64,000 nucleotides of DNA from the human T2T-CHM13v2.0 reference genome, Homo sapiens, in the NCBI RefSeq assembly GCF_009914755.1, contig NC_060943.1; one strand, 5' to 3'. This document shows positions 1 to 17,980 of the stretch, piece by piece. Each line of letters starts with the position of its first letter. Position 1 is the first letter of the stretch. The notes below the pieces were generated by a model. The model was not told the origin of the DNA. It did not search any database and saw only the letters and a program-made list of their open reading frames with translations. The position numbers and the translations under genes are program-made.

Positions 1-615
<615 letters not shown>

Positions 616-943
616 CTAGCACTTTGGGAGGCCCAGGCCGGCAGATCGCTTGAGGTCAGGAGTTCGAAACCACTGTGGCCAACATGGTGAAACCCTGTCT
701 CTACTAAAAATACGAAAAAGTTAGCTAGGCGTGGTGGCAGACGCCTGTAATCCCAGGTCCTCGGGAGGCTGAGGCAGGAGAATCGCTTGGACCCGGCAGG
801 TGGAGGATGCAGTGAGCAGAGATCGCACTACTTACTGCCCTCCAGCCTGGGCGACAGAGTGAGACTCTAACAACAACAAAAAAAAAAAGAAAAAGAAAAA
901 GTAAAAGAAAATTCTGACATCAAGCTCATTGAAATGTATTCTT

Positions 944-1422
944 CCCTTTCCTCAGCTGCTGCCAAGGTGCTCGGTCCTTCCGAGGAAGCCAAGGCCGCGT
1001 TGCAGTGAGGCCCTCACTTCATCCCGCGACTAGCACCACGTCCGGCAGTGCCAGCCCCACACTCGCCCGCGCCATGGCCTCTGTCTCCGAGCTCGCCTGC
1101 ATCTACTAGGCGCTCATTCTGCACGACGATGAGGTGACCGTCACGGAGGATAAGATCAATGCTCTCATTAAAGCAGCTGGTGTAAATATTGAACCTTTTT
1201 GACCTGGCTTGTTTGCAAAGGCCTGGTCAATGTCAACATCGGGAGCCTCATCTGCAGTGTAGAGGCTGGTGGAGCTGCTCCAGCTGAGGAGAAGAAAGTG
1301 GAAGCAAAGAAAGAAGAATCCGAGGACGGTGATGATGACATGCGCTTTGGTCTTTTTCACTGAACCTCTTTTTATAAAGTGTTCAATAAAAAGCTGAACT
1401 TCAATTTAAAAAAAAAAGAAAT
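944..1422 (+). pseudogene. Processed pseudogene of RPLP1 (60S acidic ribosomal protein P1)
   Basis: Starts with 5'TOP-like CCCTTTCCTCAGC. ATG at 1074 reads [47 protein letters not shown], with stops at 1107 and 1200, a frameshift, and an EEKKVEAKKEESEDGDDDMRFGLF C-terminus. AATAAA 1385-1390, poly(A), no introns, 12-bp TSD AAATGTATTCTT at 932-943 and 1423-1434. Confidence 0.95.
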
Positions 1423-1788
1423 AAATGTATTCTTTGCATCTGGCATAGTGTGCCCAGCGCGTGTGATCCCAGCTATGCAGGAGGATCATTTGAGTCCAGG
1501 AGTTCCAGTCCAGCCTGGGTTAACAGGTAGAACCCCTTCTCTGGAAAGAAAAAAATGTAAAAAGGCATTCTTTGTGTATTATTTTTTTGAAACAGGGTCT
1601 CCCTCTATACCCCAGACTGGAGTGCCTTGGTATCATCACAGCTTACTACAGCCTTGACCTCCTGGGCCCAAGCAGTCCTCCCACCTCAGTCCCCGGAGTA
1701 GCTGGGACCACAAGTATGCACCACCATGCCCGGCTAATTTTTTATTTATTATTCTCTTTCTCTTTTCTTTTTTTTTTTTTTTTTTTGA

Positions 1789-2475
<687 letters not shown>

Positions 2476-2803
2476 TAAAGATGAGGTCTCCCCATATTGC
2501 CCATGCTGGTCTCAAACTCCTGGCCTCAAGCCATCCTCCCACCACGGCCTCCAAAAGTGCTGGGATTACAGATGTGATCCGCTGCATAGGGCCAAAAAAC
2601 CCCACCTTCTTTTGGGGGTTAATAGGCACCTGAAGCCAATAATAATAAAATAATAAAAATAAAAAAGAAACCAATAATAATAGGTCGGGCACGGTTGCTC
2701 ATGCCTGTAATCCCAGCACTCTGGGAGGCTGAGGCAGGGGGATCACCTGAGATCGGGAGTTCGAGACCAGCCTGACCAACATGGAGAAACCTCATCTCTA
2801 CTA

Positions 2804-3036
<233 letters not shown>

Positions 3037-4011
3037 TTATCCAATTCATGCCTTAGAATTTAGTCACATTTCCAGGCCTGTCCCCTGACTTCCGTTTCCA
3101 TTTCCTCAGTGATGTCCCCCAACCTCTCTGCAGATCCAAGCCTCTTCATTGAGGCCATTTTACACATCAGCACCATCCAACAGAACTTTTTTTTTTTTTT
3201 TTTTTGAGACGGAGTCTTGCTCTGTTGCCAGGCTGGAGTGCTGTGGCGCAATCTCGGCTCACTGCAACCTCTGACTCCCTGGTTCAAGCGATTCTCCTGC
3301 CTCAGTCTCCTAAGTAGCTGGGATTACAGGCACATGCCACCATGCCCAGCTAATTTTTGTATTTTTAGTAGAGACGGGGTTTCGCTATGTTGGCCAGGAT
3401 GGTCTCAAACTCCTGACCTTATGATCCGCCTGCCTTGGCCTCCCAAAGTGCTGGGATTACAGGTGTGAGACATCGTGCCCGGCCCATCCAACAGAACTTT
3501 ATATGCAAGGATGCACCTGTTCTGTACCTGCACTATTCAATATAGTCCTGATGTGGGCCAGGTGCGGTGGCTCATGCCTGTAATCCCAGCACTTTGGGAG
3601 GCTGAGCTGGGCAGGTCACTTGAGCCCAGGAGTTTGAGACCAGCCTGGGCAATATGGTGAAACCCCGTCTCTACAAAAAATACTAAAATTATCTGGACAT
3701 GATGGTGGGTGTGTGTAGTCCCAGCTATTCAGGAGGCTGGAGGTGGGAGAATCTCTTGAGCCCAGGAGGTCAAAGCTACTGTGAGCCGTGATAGTGCCAC
3801 TGCATTCCAGCCAGGGTGACAGAGTGAGACCCTGTTTTACAATATATATATATTTATATTTTATATATTATTATATGTAATATAAAAATATATATTTATT
3901 TATCCTAACCTCCGAAAGTGCTGGGATTACCGTCATGAGCCCCCAAGTCCAGCCTAATTTTATTTTTATTTTACATTTATTTATTTATTTACTTATTTAT
4001 TTATTTTTTGA

Positions 4012-4107
<96 letters not shown>

Positions 4108-4516
4108 TGAGTAGCTGAGATTACAGGCACACACCACCGCGCCCGGCTAATTTTTGTATTTCTACTAGAGATGGGGTTCTACCATGTTGTCCAGGCTGGT
4201 CTCCAACTCCTGACCTCAAGTGATCCTCCCCCTCAGCCTCCCAAAGTGCCAGGATTACAGGCATGAACCACTGCACCTGTCATATTTATTTATTTTCTTA
4301 GAAAGAGTCTCACTCTGTCACCCAGGCTAAACTGCAGTGGCTTGATCTCAGCTCACTGCAACCTCCGCCTCCCTGGGTCAAGCGATTCTCATCCTCAGCC
4401 TCCCCAGTAGCTGGGATTACAGGCTCCTGCCACCATGTCTGGCTAATTTTTGTATCTTTAGTAGGGCGGTTTCACCATGTTGGTCAGGCTGGTCTCGAAC
4501 TCCTGACCTCAAGTGA

Positions 4517-4819
<303 letters not shown>

Positions 4820-5363
4820 TGATCTGCCCGCTTTGGCCTCCAAATGTGCTGGGATTACAGGTGTGAGCCACTGTGCCCAGCCCTGTCCACATTTTCTAGC
4901 AAGCACTCTATCAGCCATAACTCTTGAGCATGGAACCCAAATATAAATTGTATGGCTCTGAGTGTCTGGCAAGGCAGGCTCTAGAAGAAGGCAGCTGGAA
5001 GATGGTGTTCTTGACCACTGCAGGGTTCGGCCACTTTAGAGATAATTGATAGTTCCAGTGAGGACTTATTCAATAGAAATATAAAAAGCAGGCCAAGTGC
5101 AGTGGCTCAAGTCTATAATCCCAGCACTTTGGGAGGCTGAGGCGGGAGGATCGCTTGAGCTCAGGAGTTCAAAACTTGCCTGGGCTATGTAGCGAGACCC
5201 TTTCTCTACAAAAAATAAGAAAATTAGGCATGGTGGAGTGCACCTGAGGTCCCAGTTGCTCAGGGGGCTGAGGTGGGAGAATCACTTGAGCCCAGGAGAT
5301 TGAGGCTGCAGAGAGCTGTGACAGAGTCACTGTACTCTAGCCCGGGCAACAGAGCAAGACTCA

Positions 5364-6350
<987 letters not shown>

Positions 6351-6665
6351 CTTCTTCTTTTTTTTTTTTTTGAGACGGAGTCTCGCTCTGTAGCCCAGGC
6401 TGGAGTGCAGTGGCGCGATCTCGGCTCACTGTAACCTCCGCCTCTCCAGGTTTAAGCAATTCTCTGCCTCAGCCTCCAGAGCAGCTGGGATTACAGGCGC
6501 GTGCCACCATGCCCCGGGAATTTTTTTGTATTTTTAGTAGAGACGGGGTTTCTCCATCTTGGCCAGGCTGGTCTCGAACTCCCAACCCTGTGATCCACCC
6601 ACCTCGGCCTCACAAAGTGCTGGGATTACAGGCGTGAGCCACCGCGTCCGGTCTTTTTTTTTTGA

Positions 6666-6884
<219 letters not shown>

Positions 6885-6945
6885 TAAAGTGCTGGGATTA
6901 CAGGCGTGAGCCACCGCAGCCTTTGTCCACTCCTTGCCTCGATAC

Positions 6946-7066
6946 TGAGGTCAGCAAACATTTTCTCTAAAGAGCTAGATAGTAAATGGTTTAGGTTTTG
7001 TGGGTCACGTGGTCTCTGTCACAATTTCTCAACTCTGCAATTACTATAGCAAGAAAGTGGCCATAG
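6946..7066 (+). mobile_element. MER58-like hAT DNA transposon fragment
   Basis: GGTCAGCAAACATTTTCT..AAAG..CTAGATAGTAAAT..TTTAGGTTTTGTGGGTCA..GTCTCTGTCACAA..CTCAACTCTGC. Confidence 0.7.
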
Positions 7067-7125
7067 GGTCAGGCTCTGGCTCTCCTGCAATTCCCACGCT
7101 TTGGGAGGCCCATGCATGAGGATCA

Positions 7126-7320
<195 letters not shown>

Positions 7321-7367
7321 CTACAGAGGAAAACTCTGGCTCTTTATGAAATAAAAATGAATAAATA

Positions 7368-7533
7368 GGGTGGGGGGCTAGGGGAGGGAAAACATTAGGA
7401 GAAATGCCTAATGTAGGTGACGGGTTGATGGGTGCAGCAAACCACCGGGGCACATGTATACCTATGTAACAAAACTGCACGTTCTGCACATGTAACCCAG
7501 AACTTAAAGTACAATAAAAATAAATAGATAATT
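7368..7533 (+). mobile_element. 5'-truncated L1PA 3' end with target-site duplication
   Basis: Canonical L1PA 3'UTR (...GGGTGCAGCAAACCAC..CACATGTATACCTATGTAACAAAACTGCACGTTCTGCACATGTA.CCCAGAACTTAAAGTA). 16-bp TSD TAAAAATGAATAAATA at 7352-7367 and 7534-7549. Confidence 0.9.
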
Positions 7534-8542
7534 TAAAAATGAATAAATAAATAAGCAGAGCCCAGAGGCTCTTTTCTTTCTTTCTTTCTTTTTTTTTTTT
7601 TTTTGAGACGGAGTTTCTCTCCTGTTGCCCAGGCTGGAGTGCAATGGCGCGTTCTCAGTTCAGTCTCTTCCCTTTAATCCCACATACTCAGGAGGCTGAG
7701 ATGGGAGGGATACTTGAGACCAGGAGTTTGAGAACAGCCTGGGCAACATGGCCAAGACCCTATCTCCAGTTTAAAAAAAAATGCCACCACGCCTGGCTAG
7801 TATGTATATATAGTATTTATTTTGTAGAGACAGGGTTTCAGCATATTGCCCAGGTTGGCCTCAAACTCCTGAGCTCAGGCAATCTGCCACCCTTCACCTC
7901 CCAAAATGCTGGGATTATGGGCTTGGGCCACCACGCCTGGTCTAATCTTTCTTATACAATGTCCCCCCCACACCCCCGAATCGAGGATGGACGCCAGCAC
8001 CTTTTAGGTGTTCCACATATTAAACCATGTGTATTAAATCTTGGAGTGTTAAGAACACAGGCAAACAAAATAAGCAGCCATTAACCGGGGAAAGGTTTAA
8101 TCTAGTCTGGCAAGAATCTTTCCTTCCTGAACTCATCCCATTGCAGAAAAGATGGATAAAATGGTAAATTCTCCTTAATGTCATAAGGAGGTTTATCATG
8201 CACCCACCCAAAGTCTGTAGATAAACAGTGACTGAGAGAAAAATGGGATTACAGGAACGAATATTGTACATAAAAGGATTTCTCAAACTGTTAGGCTGTT
8301 TACAAAAAAAAAAATGCTAATCTCATTGTTATGGGGAGCTGGGGCAGATTATGCAAAGGGCTGGGTTTCAGGGTGAGGATTCAGGGTGATTATCATGACA
8401 AGGAGGTCTATTGGTTTGCAAACGATGACCTTTCAGCTCAGCAGGAAGAACTTCTGATTAGGCAAAATTTCCTCTATCTGTCCGCTCCTCCCAAGAAGCA
8501 CGGGCTATGAAATCTCATGTCCTAAATATTTGGGATTTCTGA

Positions 8543-8795
<253 letters not shown>

Positions 8796-9280
8796 TGATC
8801 CACCCACCTCAGCCTCCCAAAGTGCTGGGATTACAGGCTCGAGCCACCGCGCCTGGCTGTCATTTTTTTTTTTTCAAAGAGCTCATTTAAGAGTAAAGAT
8901 AAATTGACACTTAAAGTTCACTAATAGTTAATACAATTATTACAATTTGAGGCTTTACGTTAAATATGTGTGTTGAATTACCGCAATAATACAAGACCAG
9001 ATCAACTATACTTGTCAGGTCAGAATGAAAATCTAAGAAGCGCATCTTGAATTTTAAATTTTTTTCAATTTGATTTTTCTTGTCAAGCCTGGTTGTGGGG
9101 GGGGAAGGTCAAGTCTTAAACTGGTCTCACCACCAATGTTATCAATTGTCAAAAAAAAAGTCAAATTGGGCCAGGCGTGGTGGCTTATGCCTGTAATCCC
9201 AGCACTTTGGGAGGCCAAGGTGAGAGGTTCGCTTGAGCCCAGGAGTTTGAGACCAGCCTAGGCAACAAAGCAAGACCAGC

Positions 9281-9286
9281 ATCTCC

Positions 9287-9344
<58 letters not shown>

Positions 9345-9345
9345 G
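9281..9345. repeat. (CT)n(TA)n microsatellite
   Basis: Directly visible. Confidence 0.9.
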
Positions 9346-9526
9346 TATTTTTTTTCTTTCTTTCTTTTTCTTTTTTTGAGACGGAGTCTTGCCCTGTCAC
9401 ACAGGCTAAAGTGAATGGTGTGATCTCGGCTCACTGCAACCTCTGCCTCCCAGGTTCAAGCATTTCTCCCTGCCTCAGCCTCCCGAGTAGCTGGGATTAC
9501 AGGCGCCCACCACCACACCGGGCTAA

Positions 9527-9883
<357 letters not shown>

Positions 9884-10439
9884 TAATTTTGTATTTTTAG
9901 TAGAGACGGAGTTTCTCCATGTTGGCCAGGCTGGTCTTGAACTCCCGACCTCAGGTGATCCGCCCACCTCGGCCTCCCAAAGTGCTGAGATTACAGGTGT
10001 GAGCCACCGTGCCCAGCGGATCTTTTTTCTTTTCTTTTTTCTTTCTTTCCAGGGATGGGGTCTTGCTCTGTCACCTGGGCTGGAGTTCAGTGGCAGGATC
10101 AGGCCTCACTGCAGCCTTGAACTCATGGGCTGAAGAGATCCTCCCACCTCAGCTTTCCAAATTGCTGAGATTACAGGCTTGAGCCACTGCCTGCAGTCCT
10201 CTTTCAAATGCACTTAAAAATCGTCTTTGACTATACTCTTTGTTGAATGTTGATTAAATTCAATTGCACTAATAACATTTTTTATATTCAAAAATACAAA
10301 CGTTGGCCGGGTGCGGTGGCTCACGCCTGTATTCCCAGCACTTTGGGAGGCCGAGGCGGGCAGATCACCTGAGTTTGAGAGTTTGAGAACAGCCTGACCA
10401 ACATGGAGAAACCCCGTCTCTACTAAAAATACAAAATTA

Positions 10440-10724
<285 letters not shown>

Positions 10725-11480
10725 TCATCCAGGTGGTTCACAAATAGCAGAAAATCCAGGTGCAGTGTGAGAGGAGTGAGTAGGTTAGATAGGAATCTGG
10801 ATGGCTGAGCTGTAAGGACATAAGCACTGACCTCCCGCAACCTTGACAAAGATCAAAGCAAGAATTTTTTTTTTTTTGAGATGGAGTCTGGCTCTATCAC
10901 CCAGGCTGGAGTGCAGTGGCGTGATGTGAGCTCACTGCAACCTCTGCCTCCTGGGTTCTAGCGATTCTCGCCAAACATGCTATTTGCTGTCTCATTTCTA
11001 TCTCTCGCCATCCTTTGCAGCAAATGCTGTACATTTTCATTGATGAAGGAACTAGGTTTAACCAGAAAGGTTGAGCACGTACTCCCGCAGCTGGCTAGGA
11101 TTACAAATGGGAAGGAAACCCTGGCCTCCTGGGGCCCCAAGTCTTCCCCTTCCTTGAGTCATTCATTATTTTGAGCACTTACCATTTTCAAGCCCCTCCT
11201 CACCTCTCCAACACCCACCTTTTTGAGTTCCTCTCTATGCCTCAAGGTCAAAGGAACTCTAGTGGTTTCATTAAATAAAATCAGAAATGTTTCCGCTTTT
11301 TTATCAAAGTTGCTCTCAAAAATGTTCACTGCCGCACTGTTTTTTTCTTTTCTCCCTCTCTTTTTTTTTTTGAGACTAAGTCTCACTCTGTCGCCCAGAA
11401 TGGAGTGCAGTGGTGTGATCTCGGCTCACCGCAACCTCCACCTCCAGGGTTCAAAGGATTCTCCCACCTCAGCCCCCTGA

Positions 11481-11754
<274 letters not shown>

Positions 11755-11787
11755 TGACCTCGTGATCTGCCTGCCTCGGCCTCCTGA

Positions 11788-12006
<219 letters not shown>

Positions 12007-12299
12007 TAGAGACGGGGTTTCGCCATGTTGCCCAGGCTAGTCTCGAACTCCCGGCCTCAAGTGATCGTCCGCCTCGGCCTCCCAAAGTGCTGGGATTACA
12101 GGTGTGAGCCACTGCGCTCTGCCAAAATACTATATTTAAATATTTGTTGAGTGGATGACTGGTGGAATGATTTTCTTCTGGTTATTTCTCTGTGTTTTCC
12201 AATGTATTTATAACGAATACATGTTGGCGTTACTAGTAATAGGGATCACCTAATTTCTATTTGAATCAGTGTTTGAAAAAGTTTATGAAGGTGTGTCTG

Positions 12300-12493
12300 A
12301 CTAAGGCAAGCTAGGATCAAAGGGAGCAGGGTGGCTTGGGGCGGAGACCAGGGGGAATGAGAGGGTGGGAAGGGGTGGGCTTTAATCCTATCAAAGTTGA
12401 GTGGGCTCTCACCCTATATAAGAACGCAGCTGCAGTGAACCTTGTTCTTTCTGGCAGACCTGAGGTGTGGACGTATCATTGGCCTCTGTGAGT
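12300..12493 (+). promoter_or_regulatory. Promoter and short first exon of pri-miR-371-373
   Basis: TATATAAG at 12415-12422, two TCF/LEF ATCAAAG sites (12316-12322, 12390-12396), GC/GT boxes (GGGGCGG, GGGTGGG), TAATCC 12383-12388, and candidate donor GTGAGT at 12488-12493. Lies about 730 bp upstream of pre-miR-371a. Confidence 0.75.
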
Positions 12494-13145
12494 ATTGCTA
12501 TGTTATTTTATTTTCTTTCATTTTACTTTATTTTTTAGGGTCAGGATCTCACTGTCGCCCAGGATGAAGTGCACAGGTAGGATGATGGCGCCTTGCAGCC
12601 TCGACCTCCTGGGACTCACCCTTTTAGCCTCCAGTAGCTGGGACCACAGGCGCGCACCACCATTCCCATGTGCGTTTTTCTGCTTTTTTTTTTTTTTTTT
12701 TAGGAGAGATGGGGTTTTCTATGTTATCCAAGCTGGTCTCGAACTCCTGGGCTCAAGAGCAATCCTACCACCGTAGCCTTCCGAGTAGCTGGGACTACAG
12801 GCTTGAGCCACTCCGCCCAGCCGGGCTGTACTTTTGTTCTATTTCTGTGATTTTTTTTCAGTCTTAAGGACGAAGGCCCCACTGTCCCTCACACGTGTTC
12901 CTTCCTACTTGCATTGTACTCAGTCCTCATGGCTTGCATCTGGAGGCTATGGGCGGGGGAGTGCTTTGAATATCTATACGTGGAAAGCCTTGTTTTTTAC
13001 TTTTTAAGAAAGGGTCGTTAAATTCGTGCTTTGTAGACCTTCAACAGCTCATCAAGGGCTACTCTCCACCTCCTTGCTTAAAAGCCTCTTCTGATGGGTA
13101 AGTGCTTCCACTTGCGATCGCCGCCTTGCCGCATCCCCTCAGCCT

Positions 13146-13212
13146 GTGGCACTCAAACTGTGGGGGCACTTTCTGCTCTCTGGTGAAAGTGCCGCCATCT
13201 TTTGAGTGTTAC
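13146..13212 (+). ncRNA. MIR371A: pre-miR-371a (5p ACTCAAACTGTGGGGGCACT 13151-13170; 3p AAGTGCCGCCATCTTTTGAGTGT 13187-13209)
   Basis: Exact match to the recalled hairpin, with complementary arms. Confidence 0.98.
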
Positions 13213-13213
13213 C
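13148..13213 (-). ncRNA. MIR371B: pre-miR-371b (antisense reading of the same hairpin)
   Basis: The reverse complement also folds (ACTCAAAAGATGGCGGCACTTT ... AAGTGCCCCCACAGTTTGAGTGC). Known antisense annotation. Confidence 0.85.
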
Positions 13214-13360
13214 GCTTGAGAAGACTCAACCTGCGGAGAAGATACCATTTTGATTGGGTGAGGGGGCGGGTAGCAGGATGGCCCTAGACCCTGCCTATGG
13301 CCGTTTCCTCGTGATATAAATTTCTTGGCCGGGGCTCTTGCAGATGGAGCTGCTCACCCT

Positions 13361-13427
13361 GTGGGCCTCAAATGTGGAGCACTATTCTGATGTCCAAGTG
13401 GAAAGTGCTGCGACATTTGAGCGTCAC
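13361..13427 (+). ncRNA. MIR372: pre-miR-372 (3p AAAGTGCTGCGACATTTGAGCGT 13402-13424)
   Basis: Exact match to the recalled hairpin, AAGUGCU seed. Confidence 0.98.
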
Positions 13428-13671
13428 CGGTGACGCCCATATCAACGGATGCCGTGGAGCTCGGTCTTCTGCAGGAACTAAAGAGCCTGTGGTTTCGATT
13501 CCCAGCCGGAAACTGTCTTGGGTACAGGTCCCTTACAGCGTCTGGCTGTAATGGCTCCGGAAAACCTGGGGAAGGGAAGGGGGCCTCCTGGGCTCTCACC
13601 TGACACAACTAAGGGAATCTGGGTTAGATGGTGAAAGGAAGAGAAGGTTCAGAGGGCGGCTGTGCGCCTGC

Positions 13672-14089
<418 letters not shown>

Positions 14090-14175
14090 TTAACATGTGC
14101 TTGGATGATTGGAGGCCAACCTCTTGTAGGCAAGAAAGTCACAGTGATGGCAGATCCTCGCGAGGAGCTCATACT

Positions 14176-14244
14176 GGGATACTCAAAATGGGGGCGCTTT
14201 CCTTTTTGTCTGTACTGGGAAGTGCTTCGATTTTGGGGTGTCCC
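14176..14244 (+). ncRNA. MIR373: pre-miR-373 (3p GAAGTGCTTCGATTTTGGGGTGT 14219-14241)
   Basis: Exact match to the recalled hairpin. Confidence 0.98.
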
Positions 14245-14371
14245 TGTTTGAGTAGGGCATCACGAACCATCCTGCTTCAAGGGAGCCTGCGGGTCTGACT
14301 GCAGCTTCAGCTATGACCTGGAGTTCCCGGGCTTCTCTGCGGGGCACCAGTCTGTATGCTCCATTTTAGAT

Positions 14372-14628
14372 AATAAAAATTGGCATATTCTGGGGTGGGC
14401 AGGATACGGGGTTCACCTGCAGATGAACAGGGCAGGAAAAGCTTGATGGGGTGTCGGGGGAATCTGGTTGGCCTTAAAGGGAATTTGGGGTCCTGTTCCT
14501 GAATTTGGTAGGCAGCATGCATGTAAGGCTTGAAGTGGGTTTGGCCAGAGCATGGGCTGGAGTGCTTCCACCCTGCTACACGGACAATGCCACAGTCTCA
14601 CTTTTCCTAACTTTTTTTTTTTAATAAA
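14372..14628 (+). terminator. Candidate polyadenylation signals of pri-miR-371-373
   Basis: AATAAA at 14372-14377 and 14623-14628 downstream of miR-373. The second is followed by a GT-rich stretch (TGTGTTTCTGGTCT). Confidence 0.5.
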
Positions 14629-16051
14629 ATGTGAACAACATCATGTGTTTCTGGTCTATTGGGTTCCTCTGCCACCCACAAGTGCTGGGATTACAGGCAT
14701 GAGCCTCATGTCTGGCGTTACTGAACCTTCTTCTATGACCCAAGTACATTGCCTAAAAATACTTGTCAGTATTTTGTGCTTCCCTTCTACCCCTGCTAGA
14801 ACTTAGAGTTATGCTCTTTGAGAGTTCTGCTCTTTAAACTTCAAACAAGTTTAAAAAGTAAGGCCGGGCACAGTGGCAGCACTGCCGAGGCCGACGCAGG
14901 CTGATCATGAGGTCAGATCAAGACCATCCTGGCTCACACGGTGAAACCACATCTCTACTAAAAAATACAAAAACATTAGCCGGGCATGGCGGTGGGTGCC
15001 TGTAGTCACAGGCTGAGGCAGAAAGGGCATGAACCCGGGAGGTGGAGCTTGCAGCCAGCCGAGGTTGTGCCACTGCACTCCAGCCTGGGTGACAGCGATA
15101 ACTGTCTCAAAAAATAAAAACCACCCAGGCTGAAGTGTGGTGGCACCATCACAGCTCCCTGCAGGCCTGAGCTCCCTAGATCAAAAGATCTTCCCATATA
15201 AGCCCCCCCTCACCCCACCCTTAGTAGCTGGCACCACAGGAGTGTCCCCGCCATGCTCCACTAATGTTTAGTAGAAATTGGGGTCTCATACATTGGCCAG
15301 CTTGGTCTGAAACTTAGGGGGAATCAAACATCCCTCCTTTAGTAGAGATGGGGCTTTACTGTCTTGCCCTGGGTGGCCTCCCTGGGATGATAGGTGTGAG
15401 CCACAGTGCCAGGCCTAAGTTCATATTTGGAAGGTTTTTTTGCTTCAGATGGTCTCGTGCTCTCGCTCAGGTTGGAGCGCAATGGCGCAATCTTGGTTCA
15501 CTGCAACCTCTGCCAGCTTAAGCGATTCTCCTGCCCCCGCCTCCCAAGTAGCTGGGATTACAGGCATAAGCCACCACGCCTGGCTAATTTTTTGCATTTT
15601 TTAGAGATGGGATTTCTCCACGTTGGCCAGGCTGCTCTGGAACTCCTGACCCCAGGTGATCCACCCACCTCGGCCTCCCAAAGTGCTGGGATTATAGGCG
15701 TGAGCCACCACGTGGGGCCTTCAGTAGGTTCTTAGTTGCTGTTTGCCCTATCACTGGTTTCCGGGTCTGCTGGCCACTATCCCCTGTAAGTTTTCCTATC
15801 CCCTGTAGGTGTTCCAAACCCTTGCGGCTGCTTTGCCCACTCCACAGTATCTGAACTGCAGTAAGATCTCAAATTCAAGGGAGTTTTGTTTTGCTATTTG
15901 TACCCGCAATTCATAAAGCAGTTGTAGCCTCTGTCCCAATACCGCCACCACTGGTGGGGAGTCCGCCACGGTAACCAGTAAGACTTCTCTTTATATTTGA
16001 CCTACCTGGGCCTCCTGTCATCTTTTCTACGGGCAGCTTGGGGATTGTTAG

Positions 16052-16414
<363 letters not shown>

Positions 16415-17189
16415 TAGGGTTTAGCCTGTATGGCCAGCAGGGTGTAGGTGGGGGTGGTTTGTAAGCAGGGCTGTTTGCTTCAGAAGCAGCTGTGGAAACA
16501 GGACTGAATGCAGACATATAAAGAATATTGGGTAAATAACTTTTTAAAAAATTTAGAGATAGGATCCCACTATGTTGCCCAATCTGGTCTTGAAACCTAA
16601 ACAATCTCTTATCCCAAAGTGCTGGGATTGCAGAAAGCTTAAGGCACAGTTTTACGTGGTAATGGTGGGCCATTTTTAGTTTCTTTTTTGTAGACGATCA
16701 TGTCATCTAGGCTGGAATGTAGCGGTTCTGTCGAGCTAGGTGTAGCCTCCACTTCCTGGACTCAAGCATTTTTCCTCAGCTTCAGTAGCTGGGTCTATGC
16801 ATGAATACCCCTTCTGGGGTAGATAGTAGTACATAGAGTAGATAATTTTTTTGTGTTCAGGCGGCACCTTAAGGTTGGTGTAAAAATTCTTGGCCTTCTA
16901 AAGAGCTGGAATTAGACATGAGCTGTTGCACCTGGCCAATGGGACAATTATGTCTACAGGACTGAATCAGTATCTGATCTCTGGAGTTGTCACTTTTTCT
17001 GAAACTGCCTCAGTCTCCTTGCAGGTTCTGGTCTGTAGATCTCCAGTGTGGGCTGAGCACAGCATGGGGACCTGATTTCCCACCGGGCAGTGACATAGTT
17101 TAAAGATTCTTAGTTCGAATTCCTAATAATGGGAATATAGGTTTCTGTGTATTGAAATGGGAATATGGATTTTTTTTTTTTTTTTTTAG

Positions 17190-17980
<791 letters not shown>

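Noticed and set aside
14561-14571. Second AGTGCTTCCAC downstream of miR-373
   Set aside because: Lacks the full AAGTGCT seed, overlaps an Alu-like GGCTGGAGTGC word, and has no convincing partner arm.
15777-15810. Short tandem duplication CTATCCCCTGTA
   Set aside because: A 12-bp slippage duplicate with no further structure.
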